Below are positions 45,339-55,873 of a DNA stretch of 64,000 nt, one piece after another (the stretch's first letter is position 1; each line of letters starts with the position of its first letter). The translations under genes and the position numbers were made by a program. Under the pieces are notes generated by a model. It was not told where the DNA came from, did no database searches, and saw nothing but the letters and a program-made list of their open reading frames with translations. Origin of the DNA: an uncultured Acidobacteriota bacterium (GTDB taxonomy: Bacteria > Acidobacteriota > Terriglobia > Acidiferrales > UBA7541); contig CAVQBU010000019.1 of assembly GCA_963710845.1 (NCBI GenBank), positions 196,241 to 260,240 on the forward strand, in the 5' to 3' direction.

Positions 45339-46436
45339 ATGATTCGTTACATGATCACGCAAAACGTTCTGCACCGGCCGCTGCGCACCTTCATCACCGT
45401 GCTCGCCGTGGCTGTTGAGGTCACACTCGTCATCATCGTCGTGGGACTCACCAGCGGACTGCTCTCGGAATCAGCCAAACGCATCGAAGGGGTCGGCGCG
45501 GACATCATGGTTCAGCCGCCGCAGGCGTCATACTTGATGGCCTTTAGCGGCGCGCCCATGCCCATGGCGATCGGAACAAAGCTGGCGCAGCTCGAATATG
45601 TGCAGGCGGTCGCCCCCGTGCTGACGCAGTTCAATACCAGCGGCATCGAAATCGTTTATGGCATTGACCAGGAAAGCTTCCACGCTGTTACCGGTGGATT
45701 CGTTTTTCACGAAGGCCATGATTTGCAGGGGCCCAACGACATCCTCGTGGACGACGTCTATGCCAAGTCAAAGAAAATAAAGCTCGGCCAGGACGTGCGT
45801 CTTTTCGATCACGATTTTCATGCGGTGGGCATCGTCGAGCATGGCAAAGGCGCGCGCCTCTTCGTCTTCCTCTCCACGCTCCAGGAGATCGGGGGCTCGC
45901 ACGATAAGGCTTCCGTCTTTTTCATCAAGTGTGATCGCACCGATCACACACCCGCAGTGACCGATGAAATCAAGGACCTTCTGCCTCGCTATGAGGTTCG
46001 CCCGCTCAGGGATCTCATGTCGCTGATGACATCCTCGAACCTTCCAGGTCTCGCCGCGTTCATCAACGTCATGATCGGAATCGCCGTGGTCATCGGCTTC
46101 CTGGTGATTTTTCTCTCGATGTACACCACTATCATCGAGCGCACTCGTGAAATCGGTGTCTTGAAAGCCTTGGGCGCGTCCAAGGGCTACATCGTTCGCA
46201 TCGTTCTCAGCGAGACGACGTTGCTGTGCATCGGCGGAGCTGTGGCCGGCGTCGGACTCAGCTACCTTATGAGTGCTATCTTCATCAAGCTGTTCCCGAC
46301 GCTCACGATCCTGATTACGCTAGTGTGGGTTCTGCGCGCTGGCCTCATCGCCATCGTCGGCGGCCTGCTTGGCGCCGCCTATCCTGCCTGGATGGCCAGC
46401 CGCAAAGATCCGGTCGAGGCTCTGGCTTACGAGTAA
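45339..46436 (+). CDS. ABC transporter permease, FtsX/MacB-LolC type
   Basis: TM1, a periplasmic domain and a C-terminal FtsX three-helix bundle (..IGVLKALGASKGYIVRIVL..). Confidence 0.85.
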   Translation: MIRYMITQNVLHRPLRTFITVLAVAVEVTLVIIVVGLTSGLLSESAKRIEGVGADIMVQPPQASYLMAFSGAPMPMAIGTKLAQLEYVQAVAPVLTQFNTSGIEIVYGIDQESFHAVTGGFVFHEGHDLQGPNDILVDDVYAKSKKIKLGQDVRLFDHDFHAVGIVEHGKGARLFVFLSTLQEIGGSHDKASVFFIKCDRTDHTPAVTDEIKDLLPRYEVRPLRDLMSLMTSSNLPGLAAFINVMIGIAVVIGFLVIFLSMYTTIIERTREIGVLKALGASKGYIVRIVLSETTLLCIGGAVAGVGLSYLMSAIFIKLFPTLTILITLVWVLRAGLIAIVGGLLGAAYPAWMASRKDPVEALAYE

Positions 46437-46508
46437 CCTAATCTCACTCTTCCGCTGCGATTCAGGCTTCCGGGGAAATTCGCGCTTGCCTGTCCGCGCT
46501 AGGCAGAA

Positions 46509-47255
46509 ATGCTAAAGCCGACTAGAATATTTCCATCCTCGGATTCGCTGTCGCTTTCAGGGGAGCGGTTGTTGGAGCCCATACTTCAGACTGAAAATCT
46601 GTGGAAGGTGTATCGCCAGGGCAAAGTGGAAGTTCCCGCTCTGCGCGGCGTCAGCATTGACATCTTTCCCGGAGAGTTCGTCTCCATCATGGGTCCTTCT
46701 GGATGCGGCAAATCAACCATGCTGCACGTGATTGGCGGCCTTGCGCAGGCTACCTCCGGACGCGTGCTTCTCGATGGCAACGATCTCACCACCATGAGCG
46801 ATTCCGCGCGCACCCTGCTGCGCCGTCACAAAGTCGGCTTCGTCTTTCAGCGTTTTAATCTCCTCCCCACTCTCGATGCGTACCACAACATCACTCTAGC
46901 CCAACACATTCACGGGAATGGATTCGATCCGCATCGCTTCCAAGTCGTGGCTGATCTGCTCGGCCTAAGCAGTCGCCTGAAACACAAGCCTTCGGAGCTT
47001 TCCGGCGGCGAACAACAGCGTGTCGCGCTCGCTCGCGCCATCGTCAGCGAGCCAAAAATCGTTTTGGCCGATGAACCCACCGGCAACCTCGATACAAAAA
47101 GTTCCGAAGCTGTCCTCGGCCTGCTCCGCCAGCTCAATCAAGATCTCGGCCAAACCATCGTCATGATCACGCACAATCCCGAAGCGGCCGCCTACGGGCA
47201 TCGCGTCCTGCACATGCGTGACGGCGAGGTTGTGGACGGTTCCTCGGTTCACTGA
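46509..47255 (+). CDS. ABC transporter ATP-binding protein (LolD/MacB type)
   Basis: Walker [10 protein letters not shown], signature [14 protein letters not shown] and Walker [13 protein letters not shown]. Confidence 0.9.
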   Translation: MLKPTRIFPSSDSLSLSGERLLEPILQTENLWKVYRQGKVEVPALRGVSIDIFPGEFVSIMGPSGCGKSTMLHVIGGLAQATSGRVLLDGNDLTTMSDSARTLLRRHKVGFVFQRFNLLPTLDAYHNITLAQHIHGNGFDPHRFQVVADLLGLSSRLKHKPSELSGGEQQRVALARAIVSEPKIVLADEPTGNLDTKSSEAVLGLLRQLNQDLGQTIVMITHNPEAAAYGHRVLHMRDGEVVDGSSVH

Positions 47256-47256
47256 T

Positions 47257-47673
47257 ATGCGCACATTATGGCGAGGCATTGTTAGCACCATTTTCTGGTC
47301 CTATGAACGTGGCAGTTGGCCTTACGACCTGGCGGTAATCCTGATCATTATCTTCGTGCTGGTCACCCCCACTCGCTGGTTTCACGACCAACCCCAATCT
47401 ACCGCTGCGTTTGCTTCCAAAGTGCAGTTGCAATCGGAAGACCCTGCCACTCAAACCCATACCTATCGCTTGGACGCCACCGCCCTCCCGGCCGAAAAGC
47501 GCGCAGCTCGCGCCACTCCCGAACTCGAGCGCGAAACCCACGATATCCTCGCTCGCACCGTTGACGAGCTAAAAGATCAGACTTTCCAGGTCGTGCATAT
47601 CGAACCGGTGTCTGCACAAGACGGTTCGATCCTCTACTACGATGTAACCGTACACCCGTCCCCGCTAATGTAA
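47257..47673 (+). CDS. hypothetical single-TM protein
   Basis: ATG lies 1 nt after the ATPase stop. TM segment WPYDLAVILIIIFVLV. Confidence 0.5.
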   Translation: MRTLWRGIVSTIFWSYERGSWPYDLAVILIIIFVLVTPTRWFHDQPQSTAAFASKVQLQSEDPATQTHTYRLDATALPAEKRAARATPELERETHDILARTVDELKDQTFQVVHIEPVSAQDGSILYYDVTVHPSPLM

Positions 47674-47745
47674 CTTTTTCTCCCGACCCCGCCGCCAGCC
47701 TGGAACCTGCCGAGCCTCCCACCGCGTCTAATCACATGTAGTATT

Positions 47746-48498
47746 ATGAACGCCGCATTAACGCACCGGCCACTCACTGAGGGACATGATTTGATCGTAA
47801 AACGCTTTGTCTTGGGACTTGCGTTAGCTGCCATCGTTTCGACTGCATGCGTCCGAGCGTGGCCTGCCGCTGGTCAAAACCACAGCCCCGCCACACTGGA
47901 AGGCACTCTCCGGGACCTCGATCGCTCCGCAAAGGGTTTTCACAGCCTCTCGGCCGATGTCGAACGCACGAAGGTCACCGTCGTGGTCAACGATCGCTCC
48001 ACCGAAACCGGCACCATCCTCGTTCACGATGACAAGATGCTTCTGGAAATGAAGCCCCCCGATGCTCGCACAATTTTGCGCACCGGCGACAATCTCTACA
48101 TTTACAACCCGGGCCTGAAGCGCGTCGAAGAATACAATCTCGCGCAGCACCGCGCCCAGGTGGATCAATACTTGCTGCTGGGCTTCGGAATGCAAGGGAA
48201 GGAACTGCAGAAGTCGTACCTGGTGACGCTGCTCGGAGAACCTACGCTCGATGATAAAAAGACGGTCGAGCTGGAATTGACTCCGAAGTCACAGGAAGCC
48301 CGCAATCAAATTTCCAAGATTCAGATTTGGTTCGACGAGACTTCATGGCTTCCGGTGCAACAGCAATTCAACGAGACTGGTTCCGGGGATTACTTCGTCA
48401 TCCGTTATTCCAAACTCGTCCGTAATCCCGACGTCGGCGATGCGCACTTCAAACCCCATTGGCCCAAGGGCACCGAGAAGGTCAAACCGCAGGGCTAG
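47746..48498 (+). CDS. LolA-like outer-membrane lipoprotein carrier/sorting protein
   Basis: Signal peptide and a LolA-fold-like beta pattern (..LLEMKPPDARTILRTGDNLYIYNPGLKRVEEY..). Confidence 0.65.
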   Translation: MNAALTHRPLTEGHDLIVKRFVLGLALAAIVSTACVRAWPAAGQNHSPATLEGTLRDLDRSAKGFHSLSADVERTKVTVVVNDRSTETGTILVHDDKMLLEMKPPDARTILRTGDNLYIYNPGLKRVEEYNLAQHRAQVDQYLLLGFGMQGKELQKSYLVTLLGEPTLDDKKTVELELTPKSQEARNQISKIQIWFDETSWLPVQQQFNETGSGDYFVIRYSKLVRNPDVGDAHFKPHWPKGTEKVKPQG

Positions 48499-48500
48499 GC

Positions 48501-49673
48501 TTATTTCACTGCTTTTCGCTGTTTCTTTTCGCTTTGCCCGGCTGATTCGTGTTGCAGCAACGCGAGCTTGCGCTCCAGCCCCCAACGATAGCCGGCCAGA
48601 TTGCCGTCCTCGCGCACCACGCGATGGCAAGGCACTACCACGGAGACAGGATTGGTCGCGCACGCTCGCGCCACCGCTCGAATCGCCGTCGGTTTCCCAA
48701 TTGCGCGCGCCACCTGGCTGTACGTCCGCGTCGCGCCGTACGGAATCTTCCGCAATTCTTCCCACACCCGCCGCTGAAATGCTGTCGCCTGCACGTCTGT
48801 CGGTAGATCGAGGTTCGGTTCGAGCCCGCGCAAGTGCTTCAGTATTTTTCCCACCCATCCTTCCAGGCCATTCCTATCGCGCTGAATTTCCGCGCGCGGA
48901 TATTCCTTCCGCAGCGACTCTGCCAGGGGGCCATCATCTTTCCCCAGATACAGCGCGCTGATCCCGCGGTCGGTCGCACCGACGAGCAGTCGTCCCAGTG
49001 GTGAACTCACAATCGTGTAATGAATCTTCATGCCCGCGCCGCCCTGCCTATAGGTAGCAGGCGTCATGCCCAATTGCGCCGGAGCGCGTTCGTACACTCG
49101 GCTGCTGGATCCAAATCCTGCGTCATACAGTGCTGTAGTCACGTCGTCTCCTTTTCTTAAGCTGGATTTCAGCCGCCGCATTCGCCGCGCATCCGCATAC
49201 TGCCGCGGTGAAATTCCCATCACGCTGCGAAAAGCGCGTTCCAATTGATGTGTGCTCATCCTCTCAGCCGAACTCAGCGTGGCCAGCGTCATCCGTATCT
49301 CGCGCCCGTCCCCGTCCCCAGCCTTTCCGCCATCCGCGTCAATCTGTGCTTCGATTTCCCGGCACACTCTAGCCACCACCGCCGCGCGCGGGTCTCGCAA
49401 GCGCGCCAATCGGGGCCGGCATCTCAAACAAGCGCGGAATCCCCGCTGTTCCGCGGCTTCTGGCAGTGAAAAAAATTCCACTTGCTCGCGCCGCGGCTTG
49501 CGTGAAGCGCAAGACGGTCTGCAATAAATTCCCGTAGACCGCACTGCGTACACGAACGCGCCGTCCGCGCCGCGATCGCGTGTCTGCACTGCGTGCCAAC
49601 GCTTCTCGTTCGGCCGCATCGTCTGCGACTCGTCAAAATTCGAATTAGAAGTTCTCGCCATCAGTTCAATCAT
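48501..49673 (-). CDS. ada: bifunctional Ada-type regulator / methylated-DNA-protein-cysteine methyltransferase
   Basis: N-Ada zinc motif YCRPSCASRKP, an AraC-type HTH, and the C-terminal PCHRVV active site. Start is uncertain (49712, 49673 or 49619). Confidence 0.85.
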   Translation of the reverse strand: MIELMARTSNSNFDESQTMRPNEKRWHAVQTRDRGADGAFVYAVRSTGIYCRPSCASRKPRREQVEFFSLPEAAEQRGFRACLRCRPRLARLRDPRAAVVARVCREIEAQIDADGGKAGDGDGREIRMTLATLSSAERMSTHQLERAFRSVMGISPRQYADARRMRRLKSSLRKGDDVTTALYDAGFGSSSRVYERAPAQLGMTPATYRQGGAGMKIHYTIVSSPLGRLLVGATDRGISALYLGKDDGPLAESLRKEYPRAEIQRDRNGLEGWVGKILKHLRGLEPNLDLPTDVQATAFQRRVWEELRKIPYGATRTYSQVARAIGKPTAIRAVARACATNPVSVVVPCHRVVREDGNLAGYRWGLERKLALLQHESAGQSEKKQRKAVK

Positions 49674-50031
49674 TGTGAGCCTCACTATCGCATCCAAACT
49701 AGCGAAACCCAACTGAACCCGCTATCCGTTTCTCGCGCGCAAAATCAAACGCGAAATTTTACATTTGTCTCCACAATGTCAATGTGCCGCGGGCGAACAC
49801 TCTTTCGCTTTCGTTTGTCTTTCGCGTTCAGCGAACAAACGACAAACCCGAAATCCTGGGCTTACCTCCCGCCCTCAGCCGCAACTCCCGCAATATCATA
49901 GGGTTCTGTGCCCCCAGGGGTATTGCATCTTAGGGCAACTCTTCATCACTTTACTTGACGCGGTTCCAGACTCCGCGCATATTCGCTATACTTGCTTGGG
50001 GGAAGTTTAGGCTGTTCTTGGGGGATAGTAC

Positions 50032-50529
50032 ATGGGGGCTGCTCCGGATTGGATGGGGCCGCGGTCGGTTGTGTCGCCGCTGCGTAAGGTTGAGAGCCAC
50101 ACCGTAAGTGTTCCATCTCCAAATGGGAAGCCTGGGCCACAGCGTTTCGCGCGAGTTCCCACGCACGCCATCGGCGTAGCGCGCGAACGCCGCAACAATC
50201 CGCGCGCATCGCTCTCGCTGCCGCTCCGTCTCACGCGTGTCGGCGATCACCTCGAACCCATTCCCGTCACGCTCGTAACCCGCAATATCAGCTCAAGTGG
50301 CGTTTATTTCCTCGCGCCTCGCGATTTTGAACCCGGCACGGCGATCGAACTCGAAGTCGCGCTCATCGAACGGCCCCTCGGCCAAGGCAGCGTGCAAATG
50401 TGCACCGCTGCGCACATCGTGCGCGCCGAAGAAGTGGATATGCCCGGCTGGCGCGGTTACGCCGCAACCTTCGACGATTTCGCCCTGCGCCGCGACGACA
50501 TCGTCCCGCTGCGCTATCGCAGTCACTAG
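50032..50529 (+). CDS. PilZ domain protein
   Basis: RERRNNPR ... NISSSGVYF (RxxxR and D/NxSxxG motifs). Start uncertain. Confidence 0.6.
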   Translation: MGAAPDWMGPRSVVSPLRKVESHTVSVPSPNGKPGPQRFARVPTHAIGVARERRNNPRASLSLPLRLTRVGDHLEPIPVTLVTRNISSSGVYFLAPRDFEPGTAIELEVALIERPLGQGSVQMCTAAHIVRAEEVDMPGWRGYAATFDDFALRRDDIVPLRYRSH

Positions 50530-50698
50530 CTCCGGCCGAACAATTCAAATTTTTCGAGTGCCAGTCGCCCGGCATCCGTCCGCAACGACGCAATGTGTTT
50601 TCCGCGATCGAACTGAGAGCACTCAAAAATCTGCCGCGTCTCACACACCGTTTCCGCCATTTTTCCCAATCACTCAAGTCTGATACGATTCCTGCGCC

Positions 50699-51349
50699 TT
50701 GAAAATCGCACAGCTTCCGATCCGCGCGGTTCTATTTGATTGGGACGGCACCCTCCTGAATTCATACCAGGCCGACCTCCGCGCCTATCTCTCGATGTTT
50801 CATGCTCTGGGAATCAACTGGACCGAACGCGAACTCGCGCAACACTATTCCCCCAATTGGCTCCGCGTTTACCGCGCCGCTCAGCTCCCTCGCCCTAAAT
50901 GGCTCGAAGCCGACCGCCTCTGGACTCGTGCCTACAAACTCGAAAACCCTCCGCTGCTCGCCGGCGCGCGCCGCGTCGTCCGGCTGCTCTCCCAAAGATT
51001 TGACCTCGGCATCGTCACCAGTGGGAATCGCCCGCGCGTTCGCCGCCAGCTCCGTGAGTTCGACCTCGCGAGCTATTTTTCCGCGTGCGTTTGCAGCGAA
51101 GACGCCGCGAAGAGAAAGCCGCATCCCGCCCCGCTGCAGTTGGCGCTCAAACGACTCCGACGTGATCCGCAGCATTGCGTGTACGTTGGCGATACCGCCG
51201 AAGACATCGAAATGGCCCGCCGCGCCGGCGTGCGCGCCATCGGCGTTCTCGGCCCATTTCCCACGGCCGCTCGCCTGCGCGCCGCCGAACCTGAAGTACT
51301 CCTGAACTCGGTTCAGGAGCTACCTAAGTATTTGCGCAGCATGTCGTAA
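50699..51349 (+). CDS. HAD-family hydrolase (phosphoglycolate phosphatase-like)
   Basis: Motif I VLFDWDGTLLNS, motif II IVTSG and motif III VGDTAEDIEMA. TTG start. Confidence 0.8.
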   Translation: MKIAQLPIRAVLFDWDGTLLNSYQADLRAYLSMFHALGINWTERELAQHYSPNWLRVYRAAQLPRPKWLEADRLWTRAYKLENPPLLAGARRVVRLLSQRFDLGIVTSGNRPRVRRQLREFDLASYFSACVCSEDAAKRKPHPAPLQLALKRLRRDPQHCVYVGDTAEDIEMARRAGVRAIGVLGPFPTAARLRAAEPEVLLNSVQELPKYLRSMS

Positions 51350-51413
51350 AGTCGGCCGGTGCCCCGTGGCATGCGGCGCTTTGCCAGATTGTGTGTGCTT
51401 GATGGTGCGGAGA

Positions 51414-52337
51414 TTATCGCTTGGGAGAAGCCATTGGAACGCTCGACGACGAGCCTGAATCTGCCCCGGGCGAAGCCGTAGTTCCACCGCTGGGTTCAGC
51501 TGCTGCCGTCCGCAGTTTGAAGTCAGTCGAATGAACGACCAGCCGCAACGGCATATCTTCGTTCCCCTCGCTTTTGAAATAATCATCGGATCGCGTGTAA
51601 GTCGGCAGCCAATATTTGCTCTGGAAATTTTCGCGGTAGGTTTCGAACATCGTGAACGGCAGCGCCGTGCCATTCCCCTCAAGCTCGCTCACGAATTTCC
51701 CGTAGCTCTTCACGATCGCGAAATCATGATCGTCAATCCAGATCACGCCCTCAAAGTATCGTTTCTTGCGGCTCAAGGTCTTCGGCTTCACCTGGAAAAT
51801 ATAAGTGTTCAGCTGGTCCAGCTTTTCCTGGCCCGCATATTTGAAGCTGTAATTCTCGATCTCAGCCGCTGTCAGTGGAAATTCCGGCATGCTGGCAATC
51901 ACTCGCACGTCCTCCAGCGAAAAATGCATCAATTTCAGGCTGGATTCCGCTGGTTTCGTCACCCGCAGGTATCGCAGGCCATCTGCCTTCACATACGTTT
52001 CGGCGGTCACGCTGAATTTGCCGCCCGGATCGCTCAGTTCGTCCAGGCGGATGGATTGCGTGAAATCGTATGTGTCGTACGCCTTCTTCATCACATCTTC
52101 ATTCGCCGCAAATTTATGAATGATCTCTTCGACAGGCAAAGGCGGCGGCCCCGGGTGTGGCTCGGCTGGAATGCGCTCCACTTTGAACGTCGGCGGCGGC
52201 GCCTGCGGCCCCGGATCTTGCGCGCGAACCACCGTGGCGGAGAACAACAACCCCGCGACGCCGACAAGGATCACGCCGGTTATTCGGCACCGCACGGCTA
52301 AGCGAAAATTTCGTCGAATTTTGGGTAGTTCCATCAT
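51414..52337 (-). CDS. secreted hypothetical protein, LolA-fold-like (tentative)
   Basis: Start chosen at MMELPKIRR.. (52337), which gives a signal anchor. Beta-rich body and a Ser/Gly-rich tail. Confidence 0.5.
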   Translation of the reverse strand: MMELPKIRRNFRLAVRCRITGVILVGVAGLLFSATVVRAQDPGPQAPPPTFKVERIPAEPHPGPPPLPVEEIIHKFAANEDVMKKAYDTYDFTQSIRLDELSDPGGKFSVTAETYVKADGLRYLRVTKPAESSLKLMHFSLEDVRVIASMPEFPLTAAEIENYSFKYAGQEKLDQLNTYIFQVKPKTLSRKKRYFEGVIWIDDHDFAIVKSYGKFVSELEGNGTALPFTMFETYRENFQSKYWLPTYTRSDDYFKSEGNEDMPLRLVVHSTDFKLRTAAAEPSGGTTASPGADSGSSSSVPMASPKR

Positions 52338-52555
52338 CAATCTTTGGATGCAAACCCGTCGCTCTGCGTCTAACCTTGGCCGTACTTCGCGAGCGCCGCC
52401 GTACATGCCCCTCGCTATCCTCGAACATTTTATCGTGGTCCCTCCAAATATCGCAGCGGCATCGGCGCCCAAGCAACCGGGACAAAAATCACGACCTGCG
52501 CCTGCCGCGCCTCTGTTAAAATCACGCGTTTGCGGATTGCGCTTCCGCACAGTCC

Positions 52556-52852
52556 ATGGCCGATACGCCGCAATCCCGAGAGTCCCGTCGTTATTTCGTC
52601 AGCGGAATCGTGCAGGGTGTCGGCTACAGATATTTCGCCATGCGCATGGCGCAACGCCTTGGTCTGAGCGGCTATGCGCGTAACTTGCCCGATGGCCGCG
52701 TCGAGGTTTACGCCGCCGGCAGCGCTTCCAAACTTGCCGAATTTCGCGTGGAGCTGGAGCGCGGACCTCAGGGCGCCTCCGTCGCGGGCGTAGCCGAAGA
52801 AGAAGCGCCGCTAAATCCGGAATTCGTAAAGGGATTTTCGATCGAGTATTGA
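52556..52852 (+). CDS. acyP: acylphosphatase
   Basis: VSGIVQGVGYRYF and GYARNLPDGRVEV motifs. 98 aa. Confidence 0.85.
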   Translation: MADTPQSRESRRYFVSGIVQGVGYRYFAMRMAQRLGLSGYARNLPDGRVEVYAAGSASKLAEFRVELERGPQGASVAGVAEEEAPLNPEFVKGFSIEY

Positions 52853-52932
52853 CGCGCAATCATCAAGGATCGTCGTCGCGCGAATAATTTGCTGAGTCTG
52901 CCCGAGATCGCATTACCAAACGAAGGAGAAGA

Positions 52933-53454
52933 ATGACCGACCTGAAAGCTCTGATCCGCGAAATCCCCGACTGTCCCAAGCCAGGCATCCTATTCTACGA
53001 CCTCACCACGTTGCTCAAAGACCCTACCGGCTTCCATTCGCTCGTTGATCAGCTCTGCGAACAATACAACGGCACCACAGTGGACATCGTCGCCGGCATC
53101 GAAGCCCGCGGATTTATTTTCGCCCCCGCACTGGCCTATCGTCTGGGTGCCGGTTTCGTTCCTGTGCGCAAACCAAAAAAGCTCCCCGGAAAAACCACCT
53201 CGGTCACCTACCAGCTCGAATACGGCACCGACCAGCTCGAATTGCACCAGGACGCAATCAAGCCCGGCCAGACCGTCCTGCTTTGCGACGACCTCCTCGC
53301 CACTGGCGGCACTGCGGCAGCCACGATCAAGCTGATCGAGCAACTCGGTGGCAAAGTTGCCGGCGCAGCCTTCGCCGTCGAACTAACGTTCCTCAACGGT
53401 CGCGCCAAGCTCCCCGGCATCCGCGTATTTTCGCTGCTGAAGTATGACAAATAG
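52933..53454 (+). CDS. apt: adenine phosphoribosyltransferase
   Basis: PRPP-binding motif [14 protein letters not shown]. 173 aa. Confidence 0.9.
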   Translation: MTDLKALIREIPDCPKPGILFYDLTTLLKDPTGFHSLVDQLCEQYNGTTVDIVAGIEARGFIFAPALAYRLGAGFVPVRKPKKLPGKTTSVTYQLEYGTDQLELHQDAIKPGQTVLLCDDLLATGGTAAATIKLIEQLGGKVAGAAFAVELTFLNGRAKLPGIRVFSLLKYDK

Positions 53455-53536
53455 AAACACACCGTCCGACGAATAGCGGATTGCGAATCGAACGCCGACC
53501 AGGCCGAAGATACCGAGCAGTTATCTCTTGAAGGTT

Positions 53537-54307
53537 TTATCTGTGTTCATCTGCGTTCATCTGTGGTGCTTTCGACTTGCTCCCGCCGCGCTGCCGCACC
53601 ACCTCAAATAACATCACCCCAGCTGCCACCGAAACGTTGAGCGACCGTACCGGCCCCGCCGTAGGCAGCGAAACTAGAAAATCGCAACGCTTCCGCGTCA
53701 ACTCATGCAGCCCTTCGCCTTCGCTTCCCAGCACGATTCCGATCGATCCCTTCAGATCCACTTCCGTATAACTTTTCTCCGCGCGCTCATCCAACCCCAC
53801 CAACCAATAACCCGCCTCCTTCATCTCCTCCATCGCGCGCGCCAGATTTTTCACCCGCGCAATCGGCAGATGCGCCAGCGCTCCAGCCGACGCGCGCTCC
53901 ACCGTATCCGTCAAGCCCGCCGCTCGCCGCTCAGGAATCACGACGCCATTCGCGCCCGCAGCCAGCGCTGTGCGCACAATCGCCCCGAGATTATGCGGAT
54001 CTTCAATACCATCGAGCAGCACCAACAATCCCTGCGGAATCTGCGCGGCGAGCAAATCTTCCAGCCCCATCGCCGGTTTCGCCGCGCCCAGCGCCGCCAC
54101 TCCCTGATGCTCGCGCGACCCCACCAGCCGGTCAATCTGCACGCGATCTTCAAACCGCACCGGCACGCCCTTGGCCTTCGCCAGTTGCACCACGGCCTCA
54201 ACGCGCTCTCCGTGCCGCCCGCGCGCGATAACGATGCGGTCCAGCGCCCGACCCGCCGCCAGCGCCTCCTCCACCGCATGAAATCCCGTAAGCCAGTTCA
54301 TTGCCAT
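53537..54307 (-). CDS. rlmB: 23S rRNA 2'-O-ribose methyltransferase, SpoU/TrmH family (RlmB-like)
   Basis: LLVLLDGIEDPHNLGAIVRTA and C-terminal SLNVSVAAGVMLFE SpoU motifs. Confidence 0.75.
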   Translation of the reverse strand: MAMNWLTGFHAVEEALAAGRALDRIVIARGRHGERVEAVVQLAKAKGVPVRFEDRVQIDRLVGSREHQGVAALGAAKPAMGLEDLLAAQIPQGLLVLLDGIEDPHNLGAIVRTALAAGANGVVIPERRAAGLTDTVERASAGALAHLPIARVKNLARAMEEMKEAGYWLVGLDERAEKSYTEVDLKGSIGIVLGSEGEGLHELTRKRCDFLVSLPTAGPVRSLNVSVAAGVMLFEVVRQRGGSKSKAPQMNADEHR

Positions 54308-54470
54308 CCCGTTTGAGCTGATTCTCTGACGATGGGCTGAGCCTCGTCATCCTGAGGCCGGCGCCTTTGCCTCACGCCGGTCGAAGGATCTCTCTCGCCG
54401 TCTCGCGCCATCACGGTGTACTCTGCAATCGGCGTATACCCCAACGGAGTGGGGCCTCGCCGTGGTGAAC

Positions 54471-55154
54471 TCAACCTTCCAACGTCGCAATTGTGTGCGC
54501 CGCAATCGCCTCGCCGCGCCCGATCTCGCCCGTGCCTTCATTCGTCTTCGCTTTCAGATTGATCTGCTCTTCCGCAATCCCCAACGATTTCGCCAACGCC
54601 GCACGCATGGCAGGGAAGTGCGGCCCCAATTTCGGCCGCTCGCAAATTACCACCGCGTCCAGATGGCTGATCCGCAACTTCCGCTCATCAAGCAGCTTCC
54701 GCGTGTGCTCCAGAAACAAAAGACTCGCCGCGCCCTTCCACTTCGGATCCGTATCCGGGAAATGCGTCCCAATATCTCCAAGACTCGCCGCCCCCAGCAA
54801 CGCGTCGCACAAAGCATGCGCCAGTACATCGCCATCGGAATGTCCCACCGAGCCTTTATCGAACGGCACCTCAATTCCACCAATCATCAGCTTTCGCCCC
54901 GCCGCGAGACGGTGCAAATCGTATCCAATCCCCGAACGCGCGCTCGATTGTGTTGTGTCAGAGCGATGTCGCAGCAGGCGATCGATAGTCCATACCCATG
55001 CGAACAAAACGATCACAGCTACTAGGGGGGCAAAATCTAGCATCCGGTCGGCCCTTGATTCCCCATTTCTAATGTTCAACTTCGCCCAGAGTAGGGCAAG
55101 GCCAACCATGAGCCCCCAGAAGGAGATGATGCGAAGCTTTTCCCGAGAGGTCAC
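54471..55154 (-). CDS. ispF: 2-C-methyl-D-erythritol 2,4-cyclodiphosphate synthase with N-terminal membrane extension
   Basis: IGYDLHRL..GHSDGDVLAHAL..DIGTHFPDTD core, preceded by about 70 aa with two hydrophobic helices. ATGA overlap with ispD. Confidence 0.85.
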   Translation of the reverse strand: MTSREKLRIISFWGLMVGLALLWAKLNIRNGESRADRMLDFAPLVAVIVLFAWVWTIDRLLRHRSDTTQSSARSGIGYDLHRLAAGRKLMIGGIEVPFDKGSVGHSDGDVLAHALCDALLGAASLGDIGTHFPDTDPKWKGAASLLFLEHTRKLLDERKLRISHLDAVVICERPKLGPHFPAMRAALAKSLGIAEEQINLKAKTNEGTGEIGRGEAIAAHTIATLEG

Positions 55155-55873
55155 GATTGTTTCGTACTCCGTTCCTGCTCGAGATAAAACCGCGCCAAAT
55201 CCATATCCGCCGGCCGCGTAATCTTAAAATTCCGCTCCGAACCCAGCACTACAAACACTTCGTGCCCGAATCGTTCCACCAACGCCGACTCATCCGACGA
55301 CAGCACCCCATCCGTCTGCGCCTTGCGAAATGCATCCCGTAGTAGCGCGTAGGAAAACACCTGCGGCGTCTGTGCCAGCACGATCCGTTCGCGCGGAATG
55401 GTCGTCGTGATCAGCGCCATATCTTCCGGCAAAGTCGCGCGCTTCACTTCTTTCACGGTATCAATCGCCGGAATGCCCAGGATCGCCGCGCCACGCTTGC
55501 GCGCCTCTGCAATCACCCGATCGAGCTGCGCCGGAGTCACAAACGGCCGCACCGCGTCGTGCACCAGCACCACTTCCGTCGCGGGGTCCACCTGCGCCAG
55601 CGCGTTCGCCACAGACTGCTGCCGCGTATCGCCGCCGTGCACCACCCGCGCCGGCCTGCCCAACGCCGCCTTCGCAACCTTGTCCTGCAGAGACACCACA
55701 TCGTCCGCGCGTGTCGAAAGAAAAAAATCAGTGATGGCACTGCAGGCGGCCAACCGGCGCAACGTGAAAATCACCAGTGGCATTCCGTCCAGTTCAAGGA
55801 ACTGCTTCGGCATTTCGGCGCCCATGCGGGTGCCCAGACCTGCGGCGGGAATGATTGCTGCGACTCGGCTCAT
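55151..55873 (-). CDS. ispD: 2-C-methyl-D-erythritol 4-phosphate cytidylyltransferase
   Basis: AIIPAAGLGTRMG and VLVHDAVRPF motifs. Confidence 0.9.
   Translation of the reverse strand: MSRVAAIIPAAGLGTRMGAEMPKQFLELDGMPLVIFTLRRLAACSAITDFFLSTRADDVVSLQDKVAKAALGRPARVVHGGDTRQQSVANALAQVDPATEVVLVHDAVRPFVTPAQLDRVIAEARKRGAAILGIPAIDTVKEVKRATLPEDMALITTTIPRERIVLAQTPQVFSYALLRDAFRKAQTDGVLSSDESALVERFGHEVFVVLGSERNFKITRPADMDLARFYLEQERSTKQS

Noticed and set aside
53500-53560. Tandem TTCATCTG(C/T)G repeat near the rlmB stop.
   Set aside because: It is only two 10-nt units encoding ..QMNADEH.. at the C-terminus. There is no evidence of function.
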